Below are positions 51,886 to 63,938 of a stretch of DNA of 64,000 nucleotides, one piece after another (positions within the stretch are counted from its first letter, which is position 1; each line of letters opens with the position of its first letter). The position numbers and the translations under genes are program-made. The DNA comes from Squalus acanthias. Its lineage: Eukaryota. Location of the stretch: NCBI GenBank assembly GCA_030390025.1, contig CM059438.1, positions 17,174,001 to 17,238,000 on the forward strand. Direction: 5' to 3'. The notes beneath the pieces were generated by a model. It was given only the letters and a program-made list of their open reading frames with translations. It was not told the origin of the DNA and did not search any database.

Positions 51886-53619
51886 GAGGGTGGATCTCTC
51901 AAAGACACCACAGCCTTCAGCAAATAAACACCTTATCCAGCAGCAGAAATGAGATTCAGTAAGGTGGATCCTGCTCTCTGGCAATCTCTGCTACATCTCG
52001 GAGTCTGCGCCATCCTGTTTACTTACCAATACAGAAAGGAAAGTTTTATTGAAGACGAGAACATTAATCTTCGCCAGTAGCATCTTTTTTTTATTTATCT
52101 TCTAAATCCTGGCCCGTTTCTGGCGGCAGTGTGATTAGACCTAATCGCGAGTTAAACATCAGAACAGACTAAAAGTACATTAGCAACAAAATATATTCAT
52201 TATATGGAAATGCTGCACAAATGAGCTTGTGAGGCATGGATTGTTTACACTCTTACTTTATATTGATCTGTTTATATTGATTTTTTTTTGCTGTAGTTGT
52301 TGCCCAAGACGAAGCTAAAGTTCCCCGCTATTGCTTTGTCAGAGCAAGGTGTGGGAGGATTGAAAGAAGTCTGAAGTTTCGGCAGATGCTAAATATAAAG
52401 AACCCTCAGTCCCAAGATGTTCAATTAGTAAAACAAATCGTGCATTTCATCGTAAATAATTGTGACATGTTTGTAGAAAAGGTTGCTTCGATAGCCCTAC
52501 GTAGAATAAGCATGCATAATTATACACAACATATTTCATTATTAATCGTAGTAAATAAAGGCAAAGTGAACGCGGAGCCCTTAAGTTTCAAACTGCTCTC
52601 TTTTCGGCGAAATCGTTTGTAACACAATAGGACGTTACCTGAGAGAACTGTAGCAACGTTAATTTTCTATTAAATGACAGAATAGGTATTTATTGAGAAC
52701 TCGTATTAATGTCCAGAGAATTTCGTTAAATAAAGTTTATCCTTTTTAAATGAGTTATTCAATATTTGCTGAGGCGTGACTGGAAATGAACCATATTAAT
52801 TGATCCAAGATGTACTCAGAGTCCTGGAATGATTTCACTTATAAGCATTTGAAACAGTCACTCAGTCTCTAAATCACGTATTGCAGCAGGCAGAGTGTTT
52901 ACATTGAACAAACCAAAAGCAGGCACTTTCCTTTTAATGGTTCGAAGGCTTCACGGTCGCAATGTACTTGGGAGAAAGGAGCCAGTCGTTGATTCTAAGA
53001 ATGCTGTTAACATGGTATAGTTCGAAACCATAGACAATTATTGAGGTGGAATAAAGGAAAGAAAGAGAGAAACTGAAAGAATAAAGAGATGAGTCAAGAA
53101 GGAAATAAGCAAGAGTCAGTAAGAGAAGTAAAAACTTAAAAATGTAGTAGTTGGGTAAAATAGGTTTACACTACGTGGTTTGAGAAATAGTATTTACTTT
53201 GTCTGAATGAAACCTTTTATCATAATTCTATATATTTTTAAAAGTCCTGAACATTATGGAGTATGCAGCCAGGCCAAGTTCAGTCTTCATGGAAAAATGG
53301 GTGGAATCACAGAATACGATTTGAAAAACACCAATAAAATCCCAGGATATTATGTAATAAAAATGGAATTTGACTGATTCAGTCACCATAAACCAATGGT
53401 GGTAATTATAAATGAACAGAGTTATGGAATGCTATTCCTGGTTAAACAAATGAAAAGCAATAAAAATGGATTTTGTCTTACTCGGCCACAGTAAACAAGT
53501 GACATTACATAGGGACATCATGATCAAGATGAAAATATTTCTCTTTGTAGTATGCTTAAAGATCATTAAAGGTAGTTATGATTGCCAATTTAAAAACCTG
53601 TTTTAGGTTATATTTTTCA

Positions 53620-54205
53620 CATGATACCCCCAAAATATCCCTTATACTCCATAAAATAACACTCACTGATATACCTATAAAATAACATGTACTAATACCC
53701 TGAAACATTACTCACTGATATACCTATCATAACATATATTGATATCCCATAAAATAACACTCACAATATACCCATAAAATAAAATACACTGATACCCTAA
53801 AAATAATACGCATTGGTATACTCATAAAATGACTTGGACTGATATCCAATAAAATACACTGATACCCCCAAATTAACACTTACTGGTGTCCTAAAGAGAA
53901 CACTCACTGATATACCAATTAAATAACATACATCGATATACCCATAAATTAACATACACTGATAACCCATAAAAGCATGCACAGATAGACCCATAAAAAG
54001 TACACTGACATCTCAAAAAACATACACTGATAACCCATAAAATAATATGCGCTGGTACCCAAAAAATAGTACTCACTGATATACCCATAACATAACGTAA
54101 ACTGATACCCTAAAAAATAACACGCACCAATATAGCCATAAAATAACACTCACTGATCAATCACATTAAAAAAATCCCGCTACCCCAAAAATAACACACC
54201 GATAT
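53620..54205. repeat. Degenerate minisatellite, unit about 24-28 bp (CCCATAAAATAACACTCACTGATATA)
   Basis: About 20 diverged tandem units; strongly G-poor on the + strand. Confidence 0.85.
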
Positions 54206-54334
54206 ATTTTATCTGTACCAATAGTGTAAGAGCACCATTACACAGGAGGAGTCTCTGACAAACAAACTATTACACTGATTCTCTATCACAAATGCACAGT
54301 ATTTCTTTCTGGCACAATTTCTCACACAGACATG

Positions 54335-55250
54335 CCATAGGAACATAGGAGCAGAAGTAGGCCATACAGCACCTTGAGCTTGTTCTCCCATTTAATTAGA
54401 TCATGGCTGATCTGTACCTCAACTCCATTTATCCACCTTTGATCGATATCCCTTGATACCCTTGCCTAATAAAAGTCTATCGATCTCAGTCTTGAAAATT
54501 TCAATTGACCCAGCATCCACTGCCTTTTGGGGAGACAGAATAATACATTTCCACTACCCTTCAGGTGAAAAAGTGCTTCCTGATTTCACTCCTGAATGGT
54601 CTGGCTCTAATTAAGATGGTGCCCCCATTTTCTGGACTCCCCCCACCAGAGGAAATAGCTTCTCTGTATCTACCCTATCAAATCCTTTTATAATTTTAAA
54701 CACCTCAATGAGATCACCCCTCAACCTCCTAAACTCAAGGGAATACAACCCACGTTTATACAACCTCTCCTCATAATTTAACCCTTTAAGCCCTGGTATC
54801 ATTTTGGTAAATCTGCACTGTACCCCCTCTAAGGCCAATATATCCTTCCTGAGGTGCGGTGCCCAGAACTGGACACAATACTCCAGATGGGCTCTGACCA
54901 ACGCTCTACAACTAAAGCATAACTTCTTTCCCTTTGTATTCAAACACTCTTGAGATAAAGGCCAACATTTTATTAACCTTTCTAATTACTTTTTGTACCT
55001 GTGCACTGGCTTTTAGTGATTTTTGTACCTGGACACCCAAATCCCTTTGCTCGTCCACAGTTTCTGTTCTCTCACCATTTAGAAAATATTCTGATTTGTC
55101 TTCCTTGGATCCAAAGTGGATTACCTCACGCTTCCCCACGTTGAACTCCATATGCCAGAGTTTTTTCTACTCACTTAATCTGTCATGTCCCTATGTAACT
55201 TCCTGCTCCCATCTACGCAACTTACAGCAAACTTGGACATACAACTCTCT
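54335..55250 (-). mobile_element. CR1 LINE 3' portion
   Basis: MEFNVGKREVIHFG... and [26 protein letters not shown]...[13 protein letters not shown]. 3'UTR ends in TTCCTATG repeats. Confidence 0.9.
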
Positions 55251-55424
55251 GGAGTAGATTTTGATTTCATTTCCACTTTTTTTTTGCATTCGTGTAAGCC
55301 TTTTATTTTAGCTTAATACTGTCTCTTACCCTTTTTGTTGACCATGGTTGCTTAAATGCAAACACAACCTATCTTTCATGGGAGACTTGTATTAACACAC
55401 ACAATCAGTATTACAAACACATGA

Positions 55425-56965
55425 ACCTCAAATTTTAACTTGGGGTGGGAATCGGATGGGCGGGGTGGAGCAGTGTGGGCGCCAAGCTCCCATGACATTG
55501 TCGCCAAGAGGCCTAGGTCATTTTAACTCCCTGCATAGTGTGGTCCCCTCCAGGGACGCTGCAGCCGGGCCCTCACAGCAGGAGTCCACGCTAGCCTGCT
55601 TTGAAGCTTTGGTGGAAGCTCAAATGTCTGCCATGCAGACTCTGGGCTCCACAATGGAGAGCATGGTGGATCGAAAGGATAGGGGCTTTGAAGGGGTTGG
55701 TCATTTTCTGCAATCTGCTCTCCCACAGATTACTGGAAGTGATGAGCCCCAGTCCCAAGGCAGTGACGCAATGGGAGCAGTACGTGATGGTCTCTTTTAG
55801 GGTGTCAGCACGTCTTCACATTCGCTCTGCCCTGAACCGATACCCACCATAGTGCCAGCAGGTCCAGACTGCAGCAGCCTGCAAGTCAGCAGCCACATGC
55901 ATTTCAAGGGTCCCCACATGAGGAGAAGCTCTGCTGAGGTCACTATAGGAGCACCTTGTAGGAGAAGTAGAGATAGGAAACCTTCTTTAAAGAAAAGCTC
56001 TGTGAGTTGATCACCTGGGTAAGAAATGAATGGAAGGCATTTATTATGTTTGGCATTAAATTAATCGCCTTTGGCACTTTGGTCTACAGTGTGGTTTCAT
56101 AACATCGCCTGAGTCATCATGGTCAGAATGCCATTGATATAGAAGTTGTCTGAATGACTTGAATTCTTCAATGCAGGATGAAGGAAGTGGGGAAGAATGT
56201 GATAAGAACTGTTATGCAGAGGGACTGTCTAATTTCGCAGGGCAGGGGTGTAAGAAGCTCAACGGAATCACTGAGCTATGAGCTGATCACTGATATCTCT
56301 GGTTGAGATCCCTGACATCTCTGTGCCCCTTCTCCCTCGACTGCTTCTTCTCTTTCCCCCGGGTCTTCCTTGTCTGATGACTATTGCTGCTGCAGGACTG
56401 CCTCCTCCAAATGCAAGCCTCTCTGCAATGCAATGTTGTACAATATGAAACAGATCACAATGATGCGTGAGACTCTATCTGGGGCATATTGCAGGGAGCC
56501 CCCGCACATCCAGCACAAAGAAACAGGAATAGCACCCATAGTAAATAGAGAAAGCTGACTAAAGGGTGGTCAGGCAACAAAAGTGTGGAAGTAGTGATCT
56601 GGAAGCTGGAAATTCCCCTGGAAAACCAGACAGCAAAAGATCCTCGGATCCAGTGAACTGCAGTTGAGAACTCCCTTTTGTACTGCTTCAGGAACTGTGA
56701 GACACCAATCCAGCTAGATCTGCTGGTGGTCCAAGGCTAGGAGGGGCATTCACGATTTCGGGTTAAAATGCAGTGGGTCCGGGTATGACTTCATTGGAGC
56801 GTGACTTTAACCTTTTAATTAGGACCCCACCCCCTTCCCTTGGGCATGTGACTGACATGCAGCCAGAAACTCGTAAGTTAAAATGGTGGGGGGCAGGAAC
56901 AGTGCTGGGAGGGTGCAGGGACCCACGCCTGCCCCATTCCCACCGAGTGGACTGGGTTCAATTTG
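55425..56965. mobile_element. Internally deleted PIF/Harbinger transposon relic
   Basis: Minus strand 56503-56418 translates GSLQYAPDRVSRIIVICFILYNIALQRG, the Harbinger/HARBI1 transposase C-terminus. A convergent plus-strand ORF remnant lies at 55456-55800. Confidence 0.7.
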
Positions 56966-57085
56966 GCCCTCTGGTGACTTTTCTGACAACTCAGAGTGGG
57001 ACATTAACAATACATTATTTGTTTAAGTATTTTCATAAAATTAGAAATTGTAAATGAAATAAAAGTGCAGTATTGAGGAGGGAGC

Positions 57086-58735
57086 TGTAAAATTCGCAAT
57101 TATCGCGATTCGAAATAACGAGATAAAGCAGATTCGTTTCATCAGTTTTATTTCAACGAAATGCTGTCATGATTAAACAGGACACAGAAGCCTGTAAAAT
57201 GGCCGCCGCGCCTCATGGCAGAAGCTTCCAGAATTTTCAGTGGGCAGACAAAATGGCGTTCGAATAAACATTTCAGTAAAGATTGGTTAATACGCAGCAA
57301 ACACTGATAAAGACAGGATGCAACCTGTCTGCATTCGACACAATAGCAAAGATATAAGTGCTGGAATCATTTTCCATGCACAAGTAAGGACCATTGTAAT
57401 GGGCAATCGAAGGCCCATCCAGATACATCAATACGCAAATTCCCCACGGCTCTACAATGAGAGAGCCATTCTCGGGTACTTACACAAGTATTCGGAGGCC
57501 CCCAAAACCCCGCCAGGGAGGCTCCTAGCCGGTTCGACACTGGGAAAACATTAACGGGTAGTTGGCCAGTTTAAGGTGCTACCGAAACCCATTAAAGGAA
57601 AGAATCACCCCATACTGGGAATTTTGAGCGCCAAGATTTTACAAAGGATGAACATTAAGATTGGGCGGGAGATAAGGAAAACACAGCACTATAACTATAG
57701 TGAACAAATGTCCATCGGTCTCTTGACTCTTGACTCTTATCTTGCTGCTGGCTGCTGAACGCTCTTATTCCTCTGATCCTCCCGGGGCTGATTCGTTTGA
57801 ACTGACTCTGGACGCGGGTTGAACTTTTATTCTCCTATGTTGGGTGGAGCTCAATTTGGAACGAGCCGCCTCGACGGAGGCCAGTGACCGGGTGCACCAT
57901 CCCGAGGGTCGGTAAACGGTGTTCTGGACCCGAAGGCCCGAAGAGATGAGACGAGACGAGATGAGAAGAAGAAGAATCCACGTGCCGCTGCGGTCAGTAA
58001 ACCCCGACCGCGCCCGAAAATATATAGACCATTTTTGAACTCTATAGGTTACTGCATGAACTGGTCAAAGACTCTTCTTTGAATTCTACCGGCAACCGGT
58101 GTCGGACACAGGAAGACTCTTCTTCGAACCGGGCCCCGAGCACTGTCGAGTTCTTCATGACAACGGGGAGCCCAGCCTGCTAGCCGGAGCAGAGAAGATA
58201 AACAAGTGGGGTACAGAGACCCCTTCCAACACGTGACAGTCAGGTGTTGCAGCAAAACAAGCCGAGTGCCTCGTTTAAAATTCTCCGAAGTATCACGAGT
58301 GGTGAGCATGTTTCCTCGATCCTACAAATCTAGATTAGTGTAGGTATTGATAGGGGAGGGTGGTTTTATTAAGGATAAATATAATGTGTTCCCCTTTTTA
58401 CGATGTGCCGTGCGTTCCTCATTACCCTAGACCAAGTTTTATGAATGTATGTATACTTGTACTGTCATTAATTTGTGCCTATGACATGTACTTCATGATT
58501 TTGGACGTTATGCAATAAAGATTTCCATTTCGTACTATTCAACCGGGTCTATTTGAGTTTTTCTCTGCATTACTGCTCTCGCACCTAAGTCCAGTGTTAG
58601 AACCGTAAGGGCGAGTGGGTCGAACCACTCACAGGTGCTTATTGCAACAAGGCTGGCCGGAGACCAGAGCAAGCAATAGTATTAGGCAACGAAGGCCTAA
58701 CCCCGCACAAGCACCCCCGAACCGAACCCCTTACA
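57086..58735 (+). mobile_element. Solo LTR, 1650 bp (ERV or Gypsy type)
   Basis: TGTAA...TTACA termini. GAGC TSD at 57082-85 and 58736-39. Splits a Deu-SINE that rejoins across it. TATATA near 58021, AATAAA at 58514. Confidence 0.8.
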
Positions 58736-59072
58736 GAGCGCTGAACAGTCGGAGGTGCCGTCCTTCGGATGAGACATTAAACCGAGGCCCCATCTGTCCT
58801 CTCAGATTGAAGTAAAAGATCCCATGGCACTATTCAAAGAAGAGTTTACTCCAGTGTCCTGGCCAATATTTATCCATCAACCGACATCATTAAAACAGAT
58901 TAACTGGTCATTATCTCAGAGTTGTTTGTGGGACCGTGCTGTGTGCAAATTGGTGGCTGCGTTTCCCTACATTACAACAGTGACATCCATCAAAAGGACT
59001 TAATTGGCTGTAAAGTGCTTTGGGACGTCCTGAGGTTGTGAAAGGCACTATATAAATGTAAGTTCTTTCTGT
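58736..59072 (+). mobile_element. Deu-domain SINE 3' part (5' stub at about 57064-57085)
   Basis: GTCGGAGGTGCCGTCCTTCGGATGAGACATTAAACCGAGG...GATCCCATGGCACTATT...CACTATATAAATGTAAG. Confidence 0.85.
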
Positions 59073-59949
59073 CTTTAGTAAAATCTGCAGATTAACTCAC
59101 TGAATAAGAATAACGTACATCAGGAGTTAATGTTTTGTTGTTGAAGGATCATTCCCTCCAGGTGTTGCTAAATCTTACAGTATGAACACTTAATTCCTTT
59201 CCTTGTATCAAATTCCTTTCTTCACTATTTTAACAGACATTAACCTGTTTCATTTTAAATAGGTTAATATTTCTATTAAAATAGCAGAGGAAGGAATTTT
59301 ATATGAATCCATTAAGTGCTCATAAGATAACATCTTAATAGTAATTTTCAGATTACTTGATGAGGCCTAGTGGTTTACTGCAAAATAAACCCAGTGACAT
59401 CGGTTGCACAACTCACAAGCCCAAAGAATGAGTGACACAGGCCCAACATGCATGGTTGTCTACTATTCAGTAAGTCGCTGAACTCTTGTTTATACCACAC
59501 AAAACTGATTTTACAAGTTTATTAAAATTGTTTTATAAAGACTGAAAGAGCATAACAGCTTTATTCTGCAGGGGTTTGCCATCACAGAATACTGCTGCCT
59601 AATCTCTTCTACAGATTTTACTATGCTGGCAGGTGGCGAGTTCAATGTGCAGGCACGCTGGTTGATGTACACCTCCTAGCATGATGCATTATAGCAGGTA
59701 AAGTTTTCTTTTTTCTTGTTCAGCTGCCCTTCCCCATGGTGGGTTAGTCATCTGAGGACATTAATTCACACCGGAGGCAGTTCTTCAGAACTTTGTGTTG
59801 GCTTGGTTCACTGTTAGCGCAGATAAGGGGAGCAGGACCTTACAAAGAGATCACAGCAGGCTTTGCACATGGGCTGATCAGTGGCCAATGTAGTTTAATA
59901 TGGATAAATGTAAGGCACTGTATATTGGAAATAAAAATAGGAGACACTG

Positions 59950-61810
59950 GCACAGCTGCTCCACTCAACCTGCTCTTTGATGCCCTCATCCCCTCCAAAT
60001 CCCTCACTGTCTTCCATTACCACCATTCTTCTTGTACAATTCCCACCAGAGTGCCCTTAAATCTGAAGACCACAGGAATAGTGCGCACCTAACGCACAAG
60101 TGGCCCATTTGTCCACTGCGATATCTGGTTCACATCAGTACTGTGAAGCAGGACTATGTCTTCCCCTACATCCTCACACTACTCCAGAATTATACAACAA
60201 AGTAAGGACAACCCCAGGCTGATCTCTAAAATGATAAATCACCTCTTCTCACTTCCTTTTCTGCTCACACCATCTTCATCTCTAACACCAAATATGAGGA
60301 GGTTATGGATTTCTTTCTCACAAAGATCAAGTCTGACTACTTGGCTGCCTCAGTGTCTCTTCCCCCTCCTCCTCCCCATCCCCCATCCACCTATACCCTT
60401 TTCTGATTCCACATCCCTTTGCAGCCTATCCTCCATCTCCTTGTCTCTCACCACATTCGTCACCATACGAGACCCACGTCCAAGCACGCAACCCCTACCA
60501 AACCAACTCCGTGGCAAACAATTATCCATCCTTAGCTCAATGGCTCCTCATCCTCTGGTTCTGATCTTACCTTTGAAGACTGCCAACACCACCTCCTGCT
60601 TGAAAAACCTACCCTTGATCCCTCCGTTAAATTTCTTCAAATCTCAAACTTCCCTTTCCTTGCTTAAAGCCTTGGCCATGTGTCATCATGCAGTTCCATT
60701 CTCATCACTCCCTCCCTCCCTGACCACTCTATTCTCCTCCATCTCCTCTCTATGGCCCACCTTCGTGGCACTGCCCAAGCCTGGTTCTACTCCTAATTGT
60801 CCCAACAAAGCCTGCATATCTTTTGCAATGTCATTGCGTCCCAACCACATACAATCACTTGAGTGTGCTCCAAGTTCAATCTTCAATCCCCTTCTTTTCC
60901 TCATCTACATGCTGCTTCTTGGTGACATTATTTATAGGCATGGGGTCAGCTTTCATGTGTTTGCTGGAACACTCAGATTTACCTTTCTGCTACCACTCTT
61001 GACTCCTTGGCCACCATTGTGCTTTGTGGCTGCTTTGCCAACATCAAGTGGTGGATGAGCAAGAACTCCCTTCAACTCAATGTCAACAAAACCAATTCCA
61101 TCCTGTTTGGCTCTCACCAAAAACTCAGTACCTTAGCCCCTCACTACATCCCTTTCTTTGCCTGCTCGCACAGACTGAGCCTTACAGTGTACAGCCTTGG
61201 TGTTTTGTTTGACCCAGAGTTGAGCTTCAAATCCCACATCCTAGCCACAACCTAGGAACACCTATTTCCACTTGCGCAATATCACTTGCCTCCATCAAAT
61301 CCCCATCCATGCCTTTGTCAGCTCTTCACTTGATTACTCCAACCCACTTTTTGCTGGCCTCCCAAGTGCTACACAAATTGCAATTCATCCAAAACTGCAC
61401 TACCTGCAATTTATTTCACTTCCTCATTGTCCCTGTCCTCACCAATCTTCATTGGTTGTCTATCCTCCAATACATAATTTCAAAATCTTAGTTCTCATTT
61501 ACAAGTCTCTCCATGGCTTCATCTTTCATTATCTCTGCAGTCTTCAGCTCTAGGTTCCAGCATGTGTCCTTCAGTTTTTCGACTCTGGCCTCGGCTGTAT
61601 TCCTGCTCTCTCTCTACTCCACCTTTGGTTTTAGAGCCTTTATGATCTCAGCTCCACACTATGGAATGGTCTCCTTAAACACCTCCGCCTTACTACCTTT
61701 GATCCCTCCTCAAAACCTATCTCTTTGACCACACCTTTGATTATCACTCATAACCTTTCTCTGTATCTGCTTATTACTGTATTTGTAAAGCTCCAAGATA
61801 GTTTATTACA
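59950..61810 (+). mobile_element. Degenerate L2 LINE
   Basis: SIFNPLLFLIYMLLLGDIIYRHGVSFHVFA, WMSKNSLQLNVNKT, HAFVSSSLDYSN and FKILVLIYKSLHG motifs across frameshifts. Confidence 0.85.
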
Positions 61811-61895
61811 ATAACGACAAGAAATAGTGCAAGCTGTTCCAGTTGTTAGGAGGAACTTGCCAAAGAGGATAAAACTTGCAAAAGGGCAAGTTATA

Positions 61896-62788
61896 GGGGG
61901 AAAAATTCAGTTGGTTTGCACCTCCCGTTAGCGCCTTAAGAGGGCGCTAATAGGGCGCAAAGCAACTAGCGCCCGTGCGCGGCGATGTTTGCGCCACTCA
62001 CGAAATTGACTAGACATTTTGCGGCGATGCTAAACACTACCGCCACGATCTCCTGCGCCCGCAGATCGTGACGTCAGTCGAGCGTACAACGCCCTGGTAG
62101 CGCCCTGGACCAGATATTGAGTGGCGCTCCCTGTCTTACCGCTTGCCACTAGCAACGACAGGTTGAGGGGAGCGTTTTGCAGTCGGGAAGGGACTGGGGG
62201 AGCGCTATTTAAAGGCAACTGCTTCCTGCCTTTTTTTGTTGGCGAAATTTTTTCACCACGCATTCTGAGTGAGAGAGAGAGACTGCAGGAGATATTCAAA
62301 GCTGTGTTGAGGAGTTTTGGGTACTGAGCAGCACTTTGCAGGTTCTTTTTCTTTTGATCTTCCTTTGCATCGATTTAGAAGAGAATATGGGGGCTGCACT
62401 CTGAGCTCTTTCCCTGGGCCTCTCCATTGTTCTTTCCAACAGATTTGATGTACAGGTCTCTCCAGGCCTAGATTCAAGGCTGCAATGAGCAGGGTGTGGA
62501 TGGAGAGCAAGATCGACCCTCCCCTTTAAGAACTGGCTGGCGCCAGTGTGTCTGTGTTCCATTGCTGACTGACATCACATGAGCTTCGCCAGCACTCTGA
62601 GTTTGCGCCTCGCTCCTCGGCCTTTGTGCCTTAAGACAGGTGTGCAGTGACTGATTTAGTGCTCTAATCACCTCCAGGGGCGATAAAAGCCAAGTTTGCA
62701 GTCAGAGGCGATAATTAGCACCAGGCGCTAAACTTTGCGCCCGGCCGATAATCGCGCCCCAAACGGGGCGATACTGAATTTCTCCCCC
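61896..62788. mobile_element. CpG-rich non-autonomous DNA transposon (Harbinger-like TIRs)
   Basis: GGGGGAAAAATTCAGT...ACTGAATTTCTCCCCC, 15/16 TIR match. Flanks ATA/ATT are only an imperfect 3-bp TSD. Confidence 0.65.
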
Positions 62789-62794
62789 ATTGAG

Positions 62795-63392
62795 TCATAT
62801 GGCACAGAAAGAGGCCATTCGGCTCATCGAGTCCATGCTGGCTCTCTGTAGAGCAATCCAATCAGTCCCATTCCCCCGCTCTATCCCCGTAGCCCTGCAC
62901 GTTTATTTCCCTCAAGTGCCTATCCAGTCTCCCCTTGAAAACATTGAGTGTCTCCACTTCCACCACTTCCGTCGGCAGCAAATTCCTGGTCCTCACTACT
63001 CGCTGCGTAAAAAAGTTTTTCCTCACATCCCCCCTGTATCTTTTGCCCAAAACCTTAAATCTGTGTCCCCTAGTCCTTGTACCATCAACTAGTGGGAACA
63101 GCCTTTCCCCGTCTAGCCTATCCAAACCCATCATGATCTTGTACACCTCTATCAAATCACCCCTCAACCTCCTTTGCTCTAATGAAAACAAATCCAGCTT
63201 CTCCAACCTGTCCTTGTAGCTAAGATCCCCCATCACCAGAACCATTCTGGTAAATCTTCTCTGCACCCTCTCAAGGGCCTTCACATCCTTCCTAAAGTGT
63301 GGTGACCAGAACAGGATGCAATACTCCAGTTGTGGCCTAACCAGCGCTTTATGAAGGTTCAGCATAACTTCTCTACTTTTGTACTCAATACC
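62795..63392 (-). mobile_element. CR1 LINE 3' end, relatively intact
   Basis: Open 167-aa ORF LVRPQLEYCILFWSPHFRKDVKALERVQRRFTRM...RGHRFKV...FFTQRVV. Confidence 0.9.
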
Positions 63393-63489
63393 CCTAAGTT
63401 AAAAGAGTACTGGAGTTGTCAGTTGACTCTTCACTTGCTATGTCTGAAGAATGTGAAGTGGTAATAAACAAAGCAAATAGGATGTCAGA

Positions 63490-63590
63490 GAAGAATATCG
63501 TGGAATTAGATCACATGCGGTGTGAGGGCATAATCGAGAAAATTGACTGCAGCGACTGGGCAAGCCCAATGGTGCCTGTGGTAAATCCTG
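63490..63590 (+). mobile_element. Gypsy-type pol fragment (RT N-terminus)
   Basis: ELDHMRCEGIIEKIDCSDWASPMVPVV matches the Ty3/Gypsy 'GIIE.V..S.WASP.V.V' motif. Confidence 0.65.
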
Positions 63591-63682
63591 AACAGAATGG
63601 TTTGGAGACTGTTTCTGAAAATGAAAGCACTGAGACCAGCACCAAAGAAAGCCTTAATGATACAAAACCAAAATACAGCGGA

Positions 63683-63938
63683 AGCTGGAAATCTGAAATA
63701 AAAACAGAAAATTCTGTAAACAGTCAGGTGGTCAGGCAGCATCCCTGGAGAGAGAAACAGAGTTAACGTTTCAGGTCAATGACATTTCATCAGTTCTGTG
63801 GAGAGAGAAACAGAGTTAACGTTTCAGGTCGATGACCTTTTGATGAAAGGTCATCGACCTGAAACGTTAACTCTGTTTCTCGCTCCACAGATGCTGCCTG
63901 ACCTGCTGAGTGTTTCCAGCATTTTCTATTTTTATTTA
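63683..63938. mobile_element. Penelope-like family B repeat: two tandem minus-strand hammerhead units plus an inverted plus-strand unit
   Basis: GGAGAGAGAAACAGAGTTAACGTTTCAGGTC occurs twice in tandem, then GATGAAAGGTCATCGACCTGAAACGTTAACTCTG in the opposite orientation. Confidence 0.75.

Noticed and set aside
53620-54205. CRISPR-like periodicity
   Set aside because: Units are contiguous and diverged with no unique spacers, no cas genes, eukaryotic context.
57130-57150. CTGATGA on the minus strand of the LTR start
   Set aside because: No stem II or correctly placed GAAA; not a hammerhead.
60156-61058. 300-aa ORF
   Set aside because: Mosaic of frames of a decayed L2 element, not a host gene.
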